Made by a program: the position numbers and the translations under genes. From contig OY762926.1 of NCBI GenBank assembly GCA_963666735.1, positions 2,976,001-3,040,000 on the forward strand: a stretch of 64,000 nt of DNA, given 5' to 3'. Of this stretch, positions 27,325 to 37,117 are shown piece after piece. The notes under the pieces are model-generated. The model worked only from the letters and a program-made list of their open reading frames with translations. It made no database searches and was not told where the DNA came from. Source of the stretch: Gemmatimonadota bacterium (lineage in GTDB: Bacteria > Gemmatimonadota > Gemmatimonadetes > Palauibacterales > Palauibacteraceae). Within the stretch, counting starts at the first letter, position 1, and each line of letters opens with the position of its first letter.

Positions 27325-29115
27325 GTGAATCGAACCGAACGTACAGGACAGCGTACGGGACAGCGTGTCTCGAATCTCTTCGGCATGACCCTGCGCCAGA
27401 CGCCGGGGGAAACCGAGATCGAGTCCCACAGCCTCCTCGTGAGGGCCGGCTACGTCCGGCAGCTCGCGGCGGGCATCTTCTCCTATCTGCCTCTCGCCTG
27501 GCGGTCGCTGAGGAAGATCGAGCAGATCCTGCGCGAGGAGATGGACCGGATCGACGGGCAGGAGCTGTCGATGCCCGTCGTGCATCCGGCGGAGCTGTGG
27601 CAGGCGACCGGCCGCTGGTACGACATCGATGCGACGATGGCCCGGTTTGTCGACCGCCGCGACCGCGATCTGCTCCTGGCGATGACGCACGAGGAGGTGG
27701 TGGCCTTCCACGCGGCGTCCGAGATCCAGTCCTACCGGCAGCTCCCGGCGATGGTCTATCACATGCAGACCAAATTCCGGGACGAACTCCGCTCCCGCGG
27801 CGGACTCATCCGCGTGCGCGAGTTCATCATGAAGGACTCCTACTCGCTCGACCGGGATCCGGAGGGGCTCGCGGTGCAGTACGACCGGCACTACGAGGCG
27901 TACGAGCGCATCGGGCGCCGCTGCGCCCTGCCGCTCACGGCCGTGCGGAGCGATACGGGCATGATGGGCGGCAAGATCGCCCACGAGTTCATGTACGTGA
28001 CGCCGATCGGCGAAGACAGCCTCGCGCTCTGCGACGCCTGCGGCTACGCGGCGAACCGGGAGGTCGCCGAGTTCACGCTCGAGCCGCGCGAGGAGGAGAT
28101 GTCGCCGCTGGAGCGGGTCCACACGCCCGGAACGGCCACGATCGAGGACGTGACGGGGCTGCTCGGGATCTCGGCGCGGGAGACCGGGAAGATGGTCTTC
28201 TACACGGGCAGCTTCGCGGGGGAGGCGGGGGCTCGTGAAGAGAAGCTGATCGCGGCGATCGTGCGCGGCGACCTCGAGGCGAACCCGATCCAGGTCCAGA
28301 ACCTCGCGGGAGCGCTCGAGCTTCGCCCGGCGCACGAGGAGGAGATCGCGGCGGCCGGGATGGTGCCGGGGTTCGCCTCGCCGGTGGGCGTGGAGCCCGG
28401 CGCCGCGATCTTCGTCGTGGACCGCTGGGTGTCGGAGTCCGCGAACCTGGTGCTCGGAGCGAACGAGGCGGACTACCACCTCCGCAACGTCTGCTGCGGA
28501 CGCGACTACGATCCCACCGTCGTCGGCCCCGTCGCCCTTGCCCTCGAGGGTGCCGCGTGCGGGCGCTGCGGCGAAGGGTTGCGCATGGCCCGCGGCGTGG
28601 AGGTGGGGAACATCTTCCAGCTCGGCACCCGCTACTCGGAGGGGCTGGAGGCGATGTACACGGATGAGGAGGGGGTCGAGCGCCCGGTCTGGATGGGCTC
28701 GTACGGGATCGGGACGGGGCGCCTGCTGGCCTGCGTGGCCGAGGAGCACCGGGACGACTACGGCCTCAAGCTGCCGGTCTCCGTCGCTCCGTATCACGTC
28801 TCGCTCGTCGTGCTCGCCCGGGAGGAAGAGACGTGGGCGACCGCGGACCGGGTGTTCGAGGAGTTGTGCGCCGCCGGGATCGAGGTGATCTACGACGACC
28901 GGCGGGATCTCCGCGCCGGCGTGAAGTTCAACGACGCCGACCTGCGCGGCCTCCCGCTGCGCCTCGTCATCGGCGAACGCTCGCTGGCGGCGGGGGGCGC
29001 GGAACTCAGCCACCGGGGCGTCCGGGAGAGCCGGATCATCCCGCTGGACGACCTCGTGGCCGAACTCCGGCAGGAAATCGACGCGCTCATGTCACAGCTC
29101 GCCCTCGACGACTGA
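27325..29115 (+). CDS. proS: Proline--tRNA ligase (with editing insertion)
   Basis: MTHEE, KFRDE.R.RGGL.RVREF.MKDSYS, VEVGNIFQLG and MGSYGIG motifs. Confidence 0.96.
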   Translation: MNRTERTGQRTGQRVSNLFGMTLRQTPGETEIESHSLLVRAGYVRQLAAGIFSYLPLAWRSLRKIEQILREEMDRIDGQELSMPVVHPAELWQATGRWYDIDATMARFVDRRDRDLLLAMTHEEVVAFHAASEIQSYRQLPAMVYHMQTKFRDELRSRGGLIRVREFIMKDSYSLDRDPEGLAVQYDRHYEAYERIGRRCALPLTAVRSDTGMMGGKIAHEFMYVTPIGEDSLALCDACGYAANREVAEFTLEPREEEMSPLERVHTPGTATIEDVTGLLGISARETGKMVFYTGSFAGEAGAREEKLIAAIVRGDLEANPIQVQNLAGALELRPAHEEEIAAAGMVPGFASPVGVEPGAAIFVVDRWVSESANLVLGANEADYHLRNVCCGRDYDPTVVGPVALALEGAACGRCGEGLRMARGVEVGNIFQLGTRYSEGLEAMYTDEEGVERPVWMGSYGIGTGRLLACVAEEHRDDYGLKLPVSVAPYHVSLVVLAREEETWATADRVFEELCAAGIEVIYDDRRDLRAGVKFNDADLRGLPLRLVIGERSLAAGGAELSHRGVRESRIIPLDDLVAELRQEIDALMSQLALDD

Positions 29116-29172
29116 CGCGCGCCGGGTCGCCCGGTCGCCCGGTTGCCCAGGCGGCGCGGCGCACCGGGGCGA

Positions 29173-31335
29173 TCAGCCTCCGAGCCGTACCCGCAGGCCG
29201 CCGACGAGCGTGCGGGGCGCCCCCACGCGAATGAACCCGTTCGCGTCGTGGGACATCTCGGCGACCGCATCGAAGAGGTTCTGCACGCTCGCGAACGCGC
29301 TCAGCCGGCTCGTCAGTTGCCGCCGAAGCCGGACATCCAGGAGGAACGAGGCCGCGATCTCCCCCGTGTTGAGGTCGTTGTCGAACCGGGCGCCCAGATA
29401 GCGGGCGGTCGCGACCACCTCCAGCGTGGACGGGTCGATGTGCCCGACGCGCAGCATGGCGCGGTGCGTCGGGCTCCCCTGCACCTCGTTGCCGATCAGG
29501 TCCGGTCGGCCCGGCGCGTCCGTGACCTCGGCCGGGTTGTACTGGTGGTTCACCGCCAGCAGCCAGGCCCCCGCCGGCCGCACCTCGACCTCGGTCTCGA
29601 GCCCGATGCTCCGCAGCGTTCCCACATTGTCGCGACGACGGCACACGCCCCCGGCCGCCACGAAGCCGCACGGCTGAATCACGCCGGAGGTCTCGGCCTC
29701 CTGGATGGTGACGTCGGTGATCGCGTCGCTCACGCGGGCCCAGAAGCCCGTGAGCCGGATGAGGACGCCGGGGTCGGGCCGCAGATCGAGCCCCACCTCC
29801 GCGCCCAGGACCCGCTCCGGATCCAGCGCCTCGTTCGATTCGTTGGCGACGTTCCCGGCCGCGCGGAACGGCTTGTAGAGTTCGTTCAGCGTCGGGACGC
29901 GGAGGCCGCTGTAGAAGCTCCCGCGGAGCGTCGCCCGGCCGGACGCCGCGAGCAGAACGCCGAGGCTGTGGCTCAGCCTGCTGCCGCTCCGGTCGTCGAA
30001 TGCGTTGTCCGTCAGCACGTTCCGGTCGGCGATCTCGAAGACGCGGCGCATGCCCGAGGCGTTGCGCCACAGGTCGAGGCGCAGGCCGCCGTACACCTGC
30101 CACCGGTCGTTCAGGAGAATCCGGTCCTGGGCGAAAAAGCCGTACAGCGTCTGATCGCCGCCGGTCTCCCGCTGCCGCGCGAACGCGCCGCCGCTGAACA
30201 GGTATTGCTCGGAGGCCTCCCCCGTCGCGCTGAGGATGTCGGTCCCGAGCGTGAGGTTATGGCTGCCGAGCCCGGGCTTTTGCCACACGAGATTCGCGCC
30301 GGTCCCGGACGAGGGGACGTCCTGGCTGATCGAAGGCTCTTCGCTGTTCCGGCCCGCATCGACCCCCGAGAACGAGTTCACGTAGGACTGCGACTGCAGG
30401 TAGGCGTTGAAGGCGAGCGTGGAACCGTTGTCGCCGTCGAAAGTGATTCCGACCTGGCCGAACCCGGCCTCCGTCGTGTTGTTGCGGAGGGGGGTCGCGT
30501 TGTCCTTGTCCTGGTCGAAGTAGTTGCCCTGGGCATGGATGCGCAGGCGGTCGCCGGCCCGGAACTCGACCTTCGCGCGCAGCGCCCCGTGACTCGACGC
30601 GGAGGGGATGTCCACCGCGCCGCGCAGACTCGGCTCGGTGAGGACGTAGCCGTCGCTGTCGAAGAATTCGCCCGCCACGTAGCCGCCGGCGCGGTCGTCG
30701 CCGAAGGAGGCCATCGCATCGCCGCGGAAGGTGGACTGGCTCCCTCCCTGGACGCCCGCCGAGAACCCGCCCGCGCCACCCGAGCGCGTGATCACGTGGA
30801 CGACGCCCGCGAGACTCTGGCTCCCCCAACTCACGGTCGCGCCGCCGCGCACGATCTCGATGCGTTCGATGACTTCGACCGGAACCTGGCTCCAGCGCAC
30901 CCAGCCGAAGTAGGGGTCGTTCAGGGGGACGCCGTCGACGAGCACCAGCGTGCGGCTGGCGGCGGTGCCTCCCAGTCCGCGCAGCGTGACGGCCTGCCAC
31001 GAGGGATGCGCGACGCCCGCCTGGAAGGGGAAGCGGAAGTTGAGGCCGGGCACCTCCTGAAGGACGTCCTGGAGCGTCTGCGCGGCGGAGAGGCGCAGTT
31101 CCTCGCGCGTCACGGTCGTCACGTTGACGGGGACCTCTCCCACGGAGGTCGGGGCGCGGAGCGCCGAGACGATCAACTCGCCCAGCGGAATCACGCTGTC
31201 CGCGGGTACCGGATCCTGCGCTTCGAGCCCCGCCGCCGACCACGGCCCGCACGGAGCCAGCCCGCACAGAGCCAGCACGAGAAACCCGCAGCGAGTACGT
31301 CCGGGTGATCGAAGCCCCGCTTCACGTCGCGTCAT
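29173..31335 (-). CDS. TonB-dependent receptor
   Basis: Plug motifs LVLVDGVPLND and IERIEIVRG; barrel-type C-terminus PRTLVGGLRVRL. Confidence 0.9.
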   Translation of the reverse strand: MTRREAGLRSPGRTRCGFLVLALCGLAPCGPWSAAGLEAQDPVPADSVIPLGELIVSALRAPTSVGEVPVNVTTVTREELRLSAAQTLQDVLQEVPGLNFRFPFQAGVAHPSWQAVTLRGLGGTAASRTLVLVDGVPLNDPYFGWVRWSQVPVEVIERIEIVRGGATVSWGSQSLAGVVHVITRSGGAGGFSAGVQGGSQSTFRGDAMASFGDDRAGGYVAGEFFDSDGYVLTEPSLRGAVDIPSASSHGALRAKVEFRAGDRLRIHAQGNYFDQDKDNATPLRNNTTEAGFGQVGITFDGDNGSTLAFNAYLQSQSYVNSFSGVDAGRNSEEPSISQDVPSSGTGANLVWQKPGLGSHNLTLGTDILSATGEASEQYLFSGGAFARQRETGGDQTLYGFFAQDRILLNDRWQVYGGLRLDLWRNASGMRRVFEIADRNVLTDNAFDDRSGSRLSHSLGVLLAASGRATLRGSFYSGLRVPTLNELYKPFRAAGNVANESNEALDPERVLGAEVGLDLRPDPGVLIRLTGFWARVSDAITDVTIQEAETSGVIQPCGFVAAGGVCRRRDNVGTLRSIGLETEVEVRPAGAWLLAVNHQYNPAEVTDAPGRPDLIGNEVQGSPTHRAMLRVGHIDPSTLEVVATARYLGARFDNDLNTGEIAASFLLDVRLRRQLTSRLSAFASVQNLFDAVAEMSHDANGFIRVGAPRTLVGGLRVRLGG

Positions 31336-33742
31336 TGAGACTCTCCTCGAGGAGTTCCCTCACGATGGCCGGGTCCGCGCGTCCGTGCGTCGCGCGCATG
31401 ACCTGGCCGACGAAAAAACCGGCGAGACCGGTGTGCCCGGCGGCGTAGCGCGCCACCTCGGCCGGGTGAGCGGCCACGACACCGTCCACGACCTCGCGAA
31501 TCTGCTCCGCGTCGCCGATCCGGCCCAGCCCCTCGCGCCGAACGATCTCGCGGGGGCGTCCGCCGTCTTCCACGAGTCGCGCCAGCAGCGATTTCGCCAC
31601 CGCCCGCGAGATCGAGCGCTCGCGCACGAGTGCCACCAACTCGGCCAGGGCCTCCGGCTCGAGGGCGCCGGCGTCGCCTTCGCTGCCCCCGGCGCCGCGC
31701 ACCTCGTGCACGAGCCAGGTCGCGACGGCGGCCGCATCCGTTCCCCCACGGATCGCCCACTCATAATAGCGCACCGATTCGGCGGAACCACTGAGCAGGT
31801 CGGCGAGTTCATCCGGCAGACCCAGCGCATCCCGAAAGCGGTCGAAGGCCGCCTGGAGCGCCGGGTCGGCGCGCCTCGCCACGTCGCGGGCTTCCCGCGC
31901 CGAGTCGACCCCGGGAACGGCCGGCCCGGTCGAGGTGTCGTCCGCCGGGGTCCGCGCCCCGGGGGGGGCGGCGTCGCGGGCGTCGTCCGACTTCGCGCGC
32001 CGGCTCCAGGCGTCCCGGAGCGTCACCGTCCGGTTGAAGACGAGCGGGCCGGCGGCTCTCGTGGCCCGGTCCCGGACAAAGTAGCCGAGGCGCTCGAACT
32101 GATAGGCCGTCTCGGGCGGATCGTCGGCGAGGCTCGGCTCGCCGCGCGCATGGGTCAGCACCTGCAGCGAATCCGGGTTGAGGCTCTCCCGGAGGCCTTC
32201 GGCGCCTCCGGCCGGGTCGGAGACGCGGAACAGGCGATCGTAGAGGCGGACCTCCATCGGCGCCGACTCCGTGGCGGACACCCAGTGGATGGTCCCCGCC
32301 GGCCGGCGCCCGTCGGGCGCCGCTCCGCTTCGCGTCGCCGGGTCGTACGTACAGTGCAGGCGCACGATCCGGCCGGCGTCGTTCTTCTCCACCCGCCGGC
32401 ACGTGACGAAATAGCCGTGCCGCAGGCGCACCTCGCGCCCGGGGGCGAGCCGGCGGAAGCCCGGGGCCGGCTCCTCCGCGAAGTCATCCCGCTCGATGTA
32501 CAGGACCCGGGTGAACGGGACCTTCCGCGTTTCCGGCCACCCTTCGGGCGGGGCATCGGCGCCGCGCGGAAAGTAGGGGGCCTCGATCCAGTCCACCTCG
32601 CCCTCCGGGCAGTTCTCGATGACGACCTCGAGGGGACGCAGCACGGCAAGCACGCGCGGTGCCCGCCGGTTCAGCGCCTCGCGCACCGCCCATTCGAGCG
32701 TGGCCATCTCCACCCGGTTGTCGGCCTTGCCGATTCCGACCTGCCGGCAGAAGGCGCGAATCGCATCCGGGGGGATGCCGCGGCGCCGGAAGCCGGCCAG
32801 CGTGGGCATGCGCGGGTCGTCCCAGCCCGAGACGTGTCCCTCCTCGACGAGGAGGAGGAGTTTCCGCTTGCTGACGATCGTGTAGTCGAGATTGCGGCGC
32901 GCGAACTCGTACTGGCGGGGCCGCGGATCCCAGGAGCCGAGCGCCTCTCCGCCGCCGCCCTCCGCTCCCGGTATGCGGTCGATGCGGGCGGACGCGGGAC
33001 GGGTGTGCTCGATGAACCAGTCGTAGAGCGCGCGGTTGTCCTGAAACTCGAGCGTGCAGAAGGAGTGCGTGATGCCCTCGATGGCGTCGGACTGGCCGTG
33101 CGCCCAGTCGTAGAAGGGGTAGATCGGCCACTCATCGCCCGTCCGGTAGTGGTGTGCGTGCCGGATTCGATACATGAGCGGATCGCGCAACTTCATGTTC
33201 GACGAGGCGAGGTCGATCCGCGCGCGGAGGACGTGCGCTCCATCGTCGAACTCGCCGGCCCGCATGCGCCGGAAGAGATCCAGGTTCTCCTCCGCCGAGC
33301 GATCCCGATACGGGCTGGGCCGGCTGGGTTCGCGCACCGACCCGCGGTGCGCGCGGATCTCCTCCTCGGACAGGCTGTCCACGTAGGCGAAGCCATCCTC
33401 GATCATCCGCAGCGCCATCCGGTACAGCGCCCCGAAGTAGTCCGACGCGTAGCGGATCCCGCCGTCCCACCCGAACCCGAGCCAGCGGATGTCCCGCGCG
33501 ATCGCCTCGACGTAGGAGGGGTTCTCCGTCGTCGGGTTCGTGTCGTCCATGCGCAGCGTCGTGCGGCCGCCGTACTCGCGCGCCACCTCGAAGTTGAGGC
33601 AGATGGCGGAGGCGTGGCCCACATGGAGGAAGCCGTTGGGTTCGGGCGGAAAGCGCGTGAGCACGCGCCCTCCGTGCCGTCCGCTCTCGACATCCTCGGC
33701 GACGATCTGACGGATGAAATCCGGACGCTCTCGTTGCGGCAT
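31322..33742 (-). CDS. glnS: Glutamine--tRNA ligase with C-terminal GatB/YqeY domain
   Basis: TRFPPEPNG.LHVGH, THSFCTLEF, GWDDPRMPT and QFERLGYF; tail GFFVGQVMRAT.GRADP. Confidence 0.95.
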   Translation of the reverse strand: MPQRERPDFIRQIVAEDVESGRHGGRVLTRFPPEPNGFLHVGHASAICLNFEVAREYGGRTTLRMDDTNPTTENPSYVEAIARDIRWLGFGWDGGIRYASDYFGALYRMALRMIEDGFAYVDSLSEEEIRAHRGSVREPSRPSPYRDRSAEENLDLFRRMRAGEFDDGAHVLRARIDLASSNMKLRDPLMYRIRHAHHYRTGDEWPIYPFYDWAHGQSDAIEGITHSFCTLEFQDNRALYDWFIEHTRPASARIDRIPGAEGGGGEALGSWDPRPRQYEFARRNLDYTIVSKRKLLLLVEEGHVSGWDDPRMPTLAGFRRRGIPPDAIRAFCRQVGIGKADNRVEMATLEWAVREALNRRAPRVLAVLRPLEVVIENCPEGEVDWIEAPYFPRGADAPPEGWPETRKVPFTRVLYIERDDFAEEPAPGFRRLAPGREVRLRHGYFVTCRRVEKNDAGRIVRLHCTYDPATRSGAAPDGRRPAGTIHWVSATESAPMEVRLYDRLFRVSDPAGGAEGLRESLNPDSLQVLTHARGEPSLADDPPETAYQFERLGYFVRDRATRAAGPLVFNRTVTLRDAWSRRAKSDDARDAAPPGARTPADDTSTGPAVPGVDSAREARDVARRADPALQAAFDRFRDALGLPDELADLLSGSAESVRYYEWAIRGGTDAAAVATWLVHEVRGAGGSEGDAGALEPEALAELVALVRERSISRAVAKSLLARLVEDGGRPREIVRREGLGRIGDAEQIREVVDGVVAAHPAEVARYAAGHTGLAGFFVGQVMRATHGRADPAIVRELLEESLNDAT

Positions 33743-33820
33743 GGGGAGAAACTATGCGCTTGGCAGGCGATTCCGAACAGGCGCGCGACCGGATGCCGCG
33801 CCCCATGGAATCGTCCGTCG

Positions 33821-33855
33821 AAAAAAAAGGCCGGGTCCCGTTACGGACCCGGCCC
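33821..33855 (-). terminator. Intrinsic terminator
   Basis: Minus strand GGCCGGGTCC-loop-GGACCCGGCC followed by T8. Confidence 0.85.
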
Positions 33856-33887
33856 GACCGGCGGCGCCGCGAGCAATGCGGCTTCGC

Positions 33888-34103
33888 TCAGGACCTCGCG
33901 TGGGTGTCGAAATCCACAGCCGCGGGGGCCGCCGCGACGGGCGTCTCCGGACAGGTCACGGTTTCCGGGGCGTCCGGGGCTTCCGGCGTCCCGGCCGCCT
34001 GCGCGCCCTGCACGGACCCGCTGTGCGTGCCCAGGATCAGCCCCACCGCCATCACCAGCCAGGCCAGAGAGCCTGTGGTCGCCCACTTCGAGAATCTGTC
34101 CAT
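33888..34103 (-). CDS. Small exported or membrane-anchored hypothetical protein
   Basis: GAGGAGG RBS, hydrophobic N-terminus, own terminator. Confidence 0.6.
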   Translation of the reverse strand: MDRFSKWATTGSLAWLVMAVGLILGTHSGSVQGAQAAGTPEAPDAPETVTCPETPVAAAPAAVDFDTHARS

Positions 34104-34257
34104 GTGATCCATCCCTCCTCGGAAATCGGCGGTTGCGACCTGTACCCTACGTGATACGGAAAAAAAGAGAGAAAGTTTCCATCGGTTCCTGAACCTTCGA
34201 CTCCGGAATCGACGAAATGGTTGGCAGGCGGCCTGTCCCGGGCGACGTCGCGGAGGG

Positions 34258-35031
34258 TCACGAAGGCCTCGTGAGGCGGGCGAGCCAGTCCCCGTTTCCA
34301 TCCTCGAACGCCACCTCCAGCCGCCAACCCGCTCGCGCGGCGTGGCGCGCGAGCGTTTCGGGATCGACGTACAATTCGCGAAAGAGCCGGCCCACGCGGC
34401 CCGCGTGGGCGAGTTCGATCCAGGCCTGGCCGGGATACCCGCCGGCGGGCGGCCAGCCGGCCATCGCCGAGGGGCCGCGAGGGACGGCCTCCGCGCCATC
34501 GATCAGGACCTGCCCGCCCGGCGACAGGAACCGGGGGGCGTGCGCGAGGAAACGGTCGAGGCCCGCGAGGGTGCCCACCGGCCCCAGCCCGTTCATGAGC
34601 ATCAGGACCGTGTCGAAGCCCGGTCGCCACCAGTGGCGGAAGTCGGCGTGCACGACCGACGCCGCCCCGCGCGCCCGCAACAGACGAGCGATCGCGGCGG
34701 AGCCTTCCACCGCGACGACGGGGCGTCCCCGCGCCTCGAGCGCGAGGGTGTGCGGTCCCGCGCCGGCCCCGAGATCGAGCACGCGCCCGCGGCACAACTC
34801 GATGGCATAGCGCTCGAAGTCCATCCATTGATCCGGGGTCCGAAAGAAAAACCCGACCGGCAGCGATGCGTCTTCCCCGAGACTGCTGCGCAGCCGAAGT
34901 CCGGGATCCGATTCCCCCGCCGCGTACGCGGCCAGCGCGCTCGCAAAGGGGGCGAGCGGCGGCACTCGCCCGCGATAGAGGCCGGGCTCCCGGGTGGGAG
35001 CGGGCCGGGTGGGAGCGGGCCGGGGCGTCAC
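34258..35031 (-). CDS. Class I SAM-dependent methyltransferase
   Basis: RVLDLGAGAG.H and FDTVLMLMNG.G motifs. Confidence 0.85.
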   Translation of the reverse strand: MTPRPAPTRPAPTREPGLYRGRVPPLAPFASALAAYAAGESDPGLRLRSSLGEDASLPVGFFFRTPDQWMDFERYAIELCRGRVLDLGAGAGPHTLALEARGRPVVAVEGSAAIARLLRARGAASVVHADFRHWWRPGFDTVLMLMNGLGPVGTLAGLDRFLAHAPRFLSPGGQVLIDGAEAVPRGPSAMAGWPPAGGYPGQAWIELAHAGRVGRLFRELYVDPETLARHAARAGWRLEVAFEDGNGDWLARLTRPS

Positions 35032-35327
35032 GGATGGGGCAGCAGCGCCTGCGCCGCGGTGGGTTCATCCAGGTCCCGGACCCATATCGACTTGACGCGT
35101 CCCGCATGGCCGGAACGAATCTCGATGTCCGAGCGGGGGAGGCGGAGTCGCCGCGCGAGGAACTTGAGCAGCGCGCGGTTTGCGGCACCGTCCACGGGCG
35201 GTGCGGCCACGCGAATGCGGAGGGCCTCCCCATGAACGCCCGCGACGCCGGTGCGACTCGCGCGCGGCTGAGTCCGGATTCGCAGAATGCCGCCCCCGGG
35301 GGCGGCGGAATACCAGTTCAGCGCCAC
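35028..35327 (-). CDS. DUF167 (YggU/UPF0235) protein
   Basis: QPRASR, RVAAPPVDGAAN and SG...RVK motifs. Confidence 0.88.
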   Translation of the reverse strand: MALNWYSAAPGGGILRIRTQPRASRTGVAGVHGEALRIRVAAPPVDGAANRALLKFLARRLRLPRSDIEIRSGHAGRVKSIWVRDLDEPTAAQALLPHP

Positions 35328-35527
35328 CTCAGGGCCTCGAACACCGTTCGGCACGCGTTGCAGTAATATTGGGCGGTCGACGCTTGTCCCCCGAAGGTGG
35401 CGAACGGGTCGGAATCGTCCGAGCCGCAGAAGGGGCAGGGGATCGAAACCGGCATGGCGGACGATTCGACGGGATCGTCGAGCGTCGACCGCCCCGCCGG
35501 CCGGTTGGGTTTCGCGTCGCCGGACAC
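35318..35527 (-). CDS. Stand-alone PaaD-type zinc-ribbon protein
   Basis: CPFCGS....FGG......YYCNACRTVFE. Confidence 0.75.
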   Translation of the reverse strand: MSGDAKPNRPAGRSTLDDPVESSAMPVSIPCPFCGSDDSDPFATFGGQASTAQYYCNACRTVFEALRWR

Positions 35528-35530
35528 GGT

Positions 35531-36355
35531 TCAGTCCAGGAGGAGCGTACGGTTGCGGTCGCCGCGCACTCGCGCCAGAGAGTCTTCATCGGGCCCGCCC
35601 CCCGCCGTGCGACGCCGCCGTGCGCGGCAGCCCTCCCAGGCCGGTTCGCGGGTGCTGACCCAGCCGGCATCGGCCGCCCGGGCGAGTCCCGTCTCCGCGG
35701 CGAGCGGCCCCACCCGCTCGAGCCAGCGCGCCCGCGCCCCGCGCGCATCCCCCCTCACGACCCCGTGGTGGGCGAGCGTCGACACGAGCGGGTCATCCCC
35801 GGCCCCGAACCAGCACAGACACGCGTTCCAGGCCGCTCCGAAGGCTTCGGCCAGCGCCGTGCGTCCGCCCTCGGCGCTCAGCAGGCGGGAGGTCCACCCC
35901 TGTCCGTGGTCGAAATGGAACCGCTCTTCCTCGAGCAGTTTGCGCACCTTGTAGTGGATCGGTTCGTAGCGGCTCTCCACGAGCATTTCGAACTGGACCG
36001 AGAGCGCGGTGTCCCACAGGAAGTTGAGGGCGAGGAACTCCTCCCAGGACGCGACGTCCCGGTCGAGCAGTTCCGAACTGTGGTACTCGCCGGCCCCGCG
36101 TTCGTGCTCGAGCGCGGACGGATCGTGGCCGAAGTCGCGCAGCAGCGCATAGAGGATGCGGGCGTGCCCCCACTCATCCTGCGCCATGGCGGAGCAGGCG
36201 ATGCCGGCCTCGACCGAGGGCGCCCCGAGAATCCAGTCCGAGTAGCGGAGGCCGAGCAGCCGCTTGTTGTCGGCGAGGGCGAGAAGGAGGTTGCCGAGGT
36301 GTCCCGACACCTCCTCCGGCAAGTCCTCCGCGGACCGGAAGCCGCTCTCCGTCAT
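35531..36355 (-). CDS. PaaC-like ferritin-fold subunit of a phenylacetyl-CoA epoxidase-like complex
   Basis: LADNK..LG.RY.DW...AP..E, QDEWGH and EEERFH motifs. Confidence 0.8.
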   Translation of the reverse strand: MTESGFRSAEDLPEEVSGHLGNLLLALADNKRLLGLRYSDWILGAPSVEAGIACSAMAQDEWGHARILYALLRDFGHDPSALEHERGAGEYHSSELLDRDVASWEEFLALNFLWDTALSVQFEMLVESRYEPIHYKVRKLLEEERFHFDHGQGWTSRLLSAEGGRTALAEAFGAAWNACLCWFGAGDDPLVSTLAHHGVVRGDARGARARWLERVGPLAAETGLARAADAGWVSTREPAWEGCRARRRRTAGGGPDEDSLARVRGDRNRTLLLD

Positions 36356-36624
36356 CGTGAATCCGCCGTCGCGCGCGCGCCCGAACCGCCGAGCGTGAAC
36401 GGGGCCTGCGGCCGATTCACCGCCGCGAACGCATCGCGCGGCGCGACCGTCATCTCGAACCACTTCGCCTCGTCGTACGTCTGCCACGCGTAGACGCGCG
36501 CCAACTGCTCGTTGGGGGCGGACACCGCGCCCACGTGCTCGAAGCGGTCCGCCCTCTTCTTGCGCGCGAACACTTCGTAGACGCGTCCGTTACGCCTCAC
36601 GCCGCCCCTCCCGTCACTGCTCAC
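36352..36624 (-). CDS. PaaB-like small subunit
   Basis: VYEVFAR......HVGAV.AP...LA motif. Confidence 0.8.
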   Translation of the reverse strand: MSSDGRGGVRRNGRVYEVFARKKRADRFEHVGAVSAPNEQLARVYAWQTYDEAKWFEMTVAPRDAFAAVNRPQAPFTLGGSGARATADSR

Positions 36625-36631
36625 GTGCCGC

Positions 36632-37117
36632 TCACGTCACGACTCCGACGGAGCGCAGAAGCGCCCGGCCGCGCGAGGAGATGGCGGCCGTCGTCCACGG
36701 AGGATCCCACTCCGTCACGATCTCGACCTCCCGGACGCCGTCCAGCTCCAGCAGGCGCTGCCGCACGTCCCACTCGATGAAGTCCATGCATGGGCAGGCC
36801 GTGGCCGTGAAGGTGAGATGGACGGTGAGGGTCCCGGCTGCCTCGTCTCCCTCGACCCCGCGAACGAGTCCGAGGTCGACGATCGAAATCGGAAACTCGG
36901 GGTCCGCGACTTCGTAGAGCGCCCGGCGCGCCCGTTCCGCGAGATCCTCGGCCGGTTGGGCGAACGCGGGAGGGAGCGGCAGTTCCCGACCGCCCCGCGT
37001 CTCCCGGAGGACGGCGCCGAAGTCCATGCCCGCTTCGTACCGCGGGACGTAGCGCGGGAGGGACCGCGGCAGGCGCCGAGGCCGCGCCGCGCCGTGAGCC
37101 GTGCCGCCGGCGTTCAT
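36632..37117 (-). CDS. DUF59/PaaD-like metal-sulfur cluster assembly factor
   Basis: V.DPEFPISIVDLGLV, TFTATACP and WDPPWT motifs. Confidence 0.85.
   Translation of the reverse strand: MNAGGTAHGAARPRRLPRSLPRYVPRYEAGMDFGAVLRETRGGRELPLPPAFAQPAEDLAERARRALYEVADPEFPISIVDLGLVRGVEGDEAAGTLTVHLTFTATACPCMDFIEWDVRQRLLELDGVREVEIVTEWDPPWTTAAISSRGRALLRSVGVVT

Noticed and set aside
31322..31400. Cobalamin or other riboswitch upstream of the first TonB receptor
   Set aside because: The gene start overlaps the glnS stop, leaving no leader.
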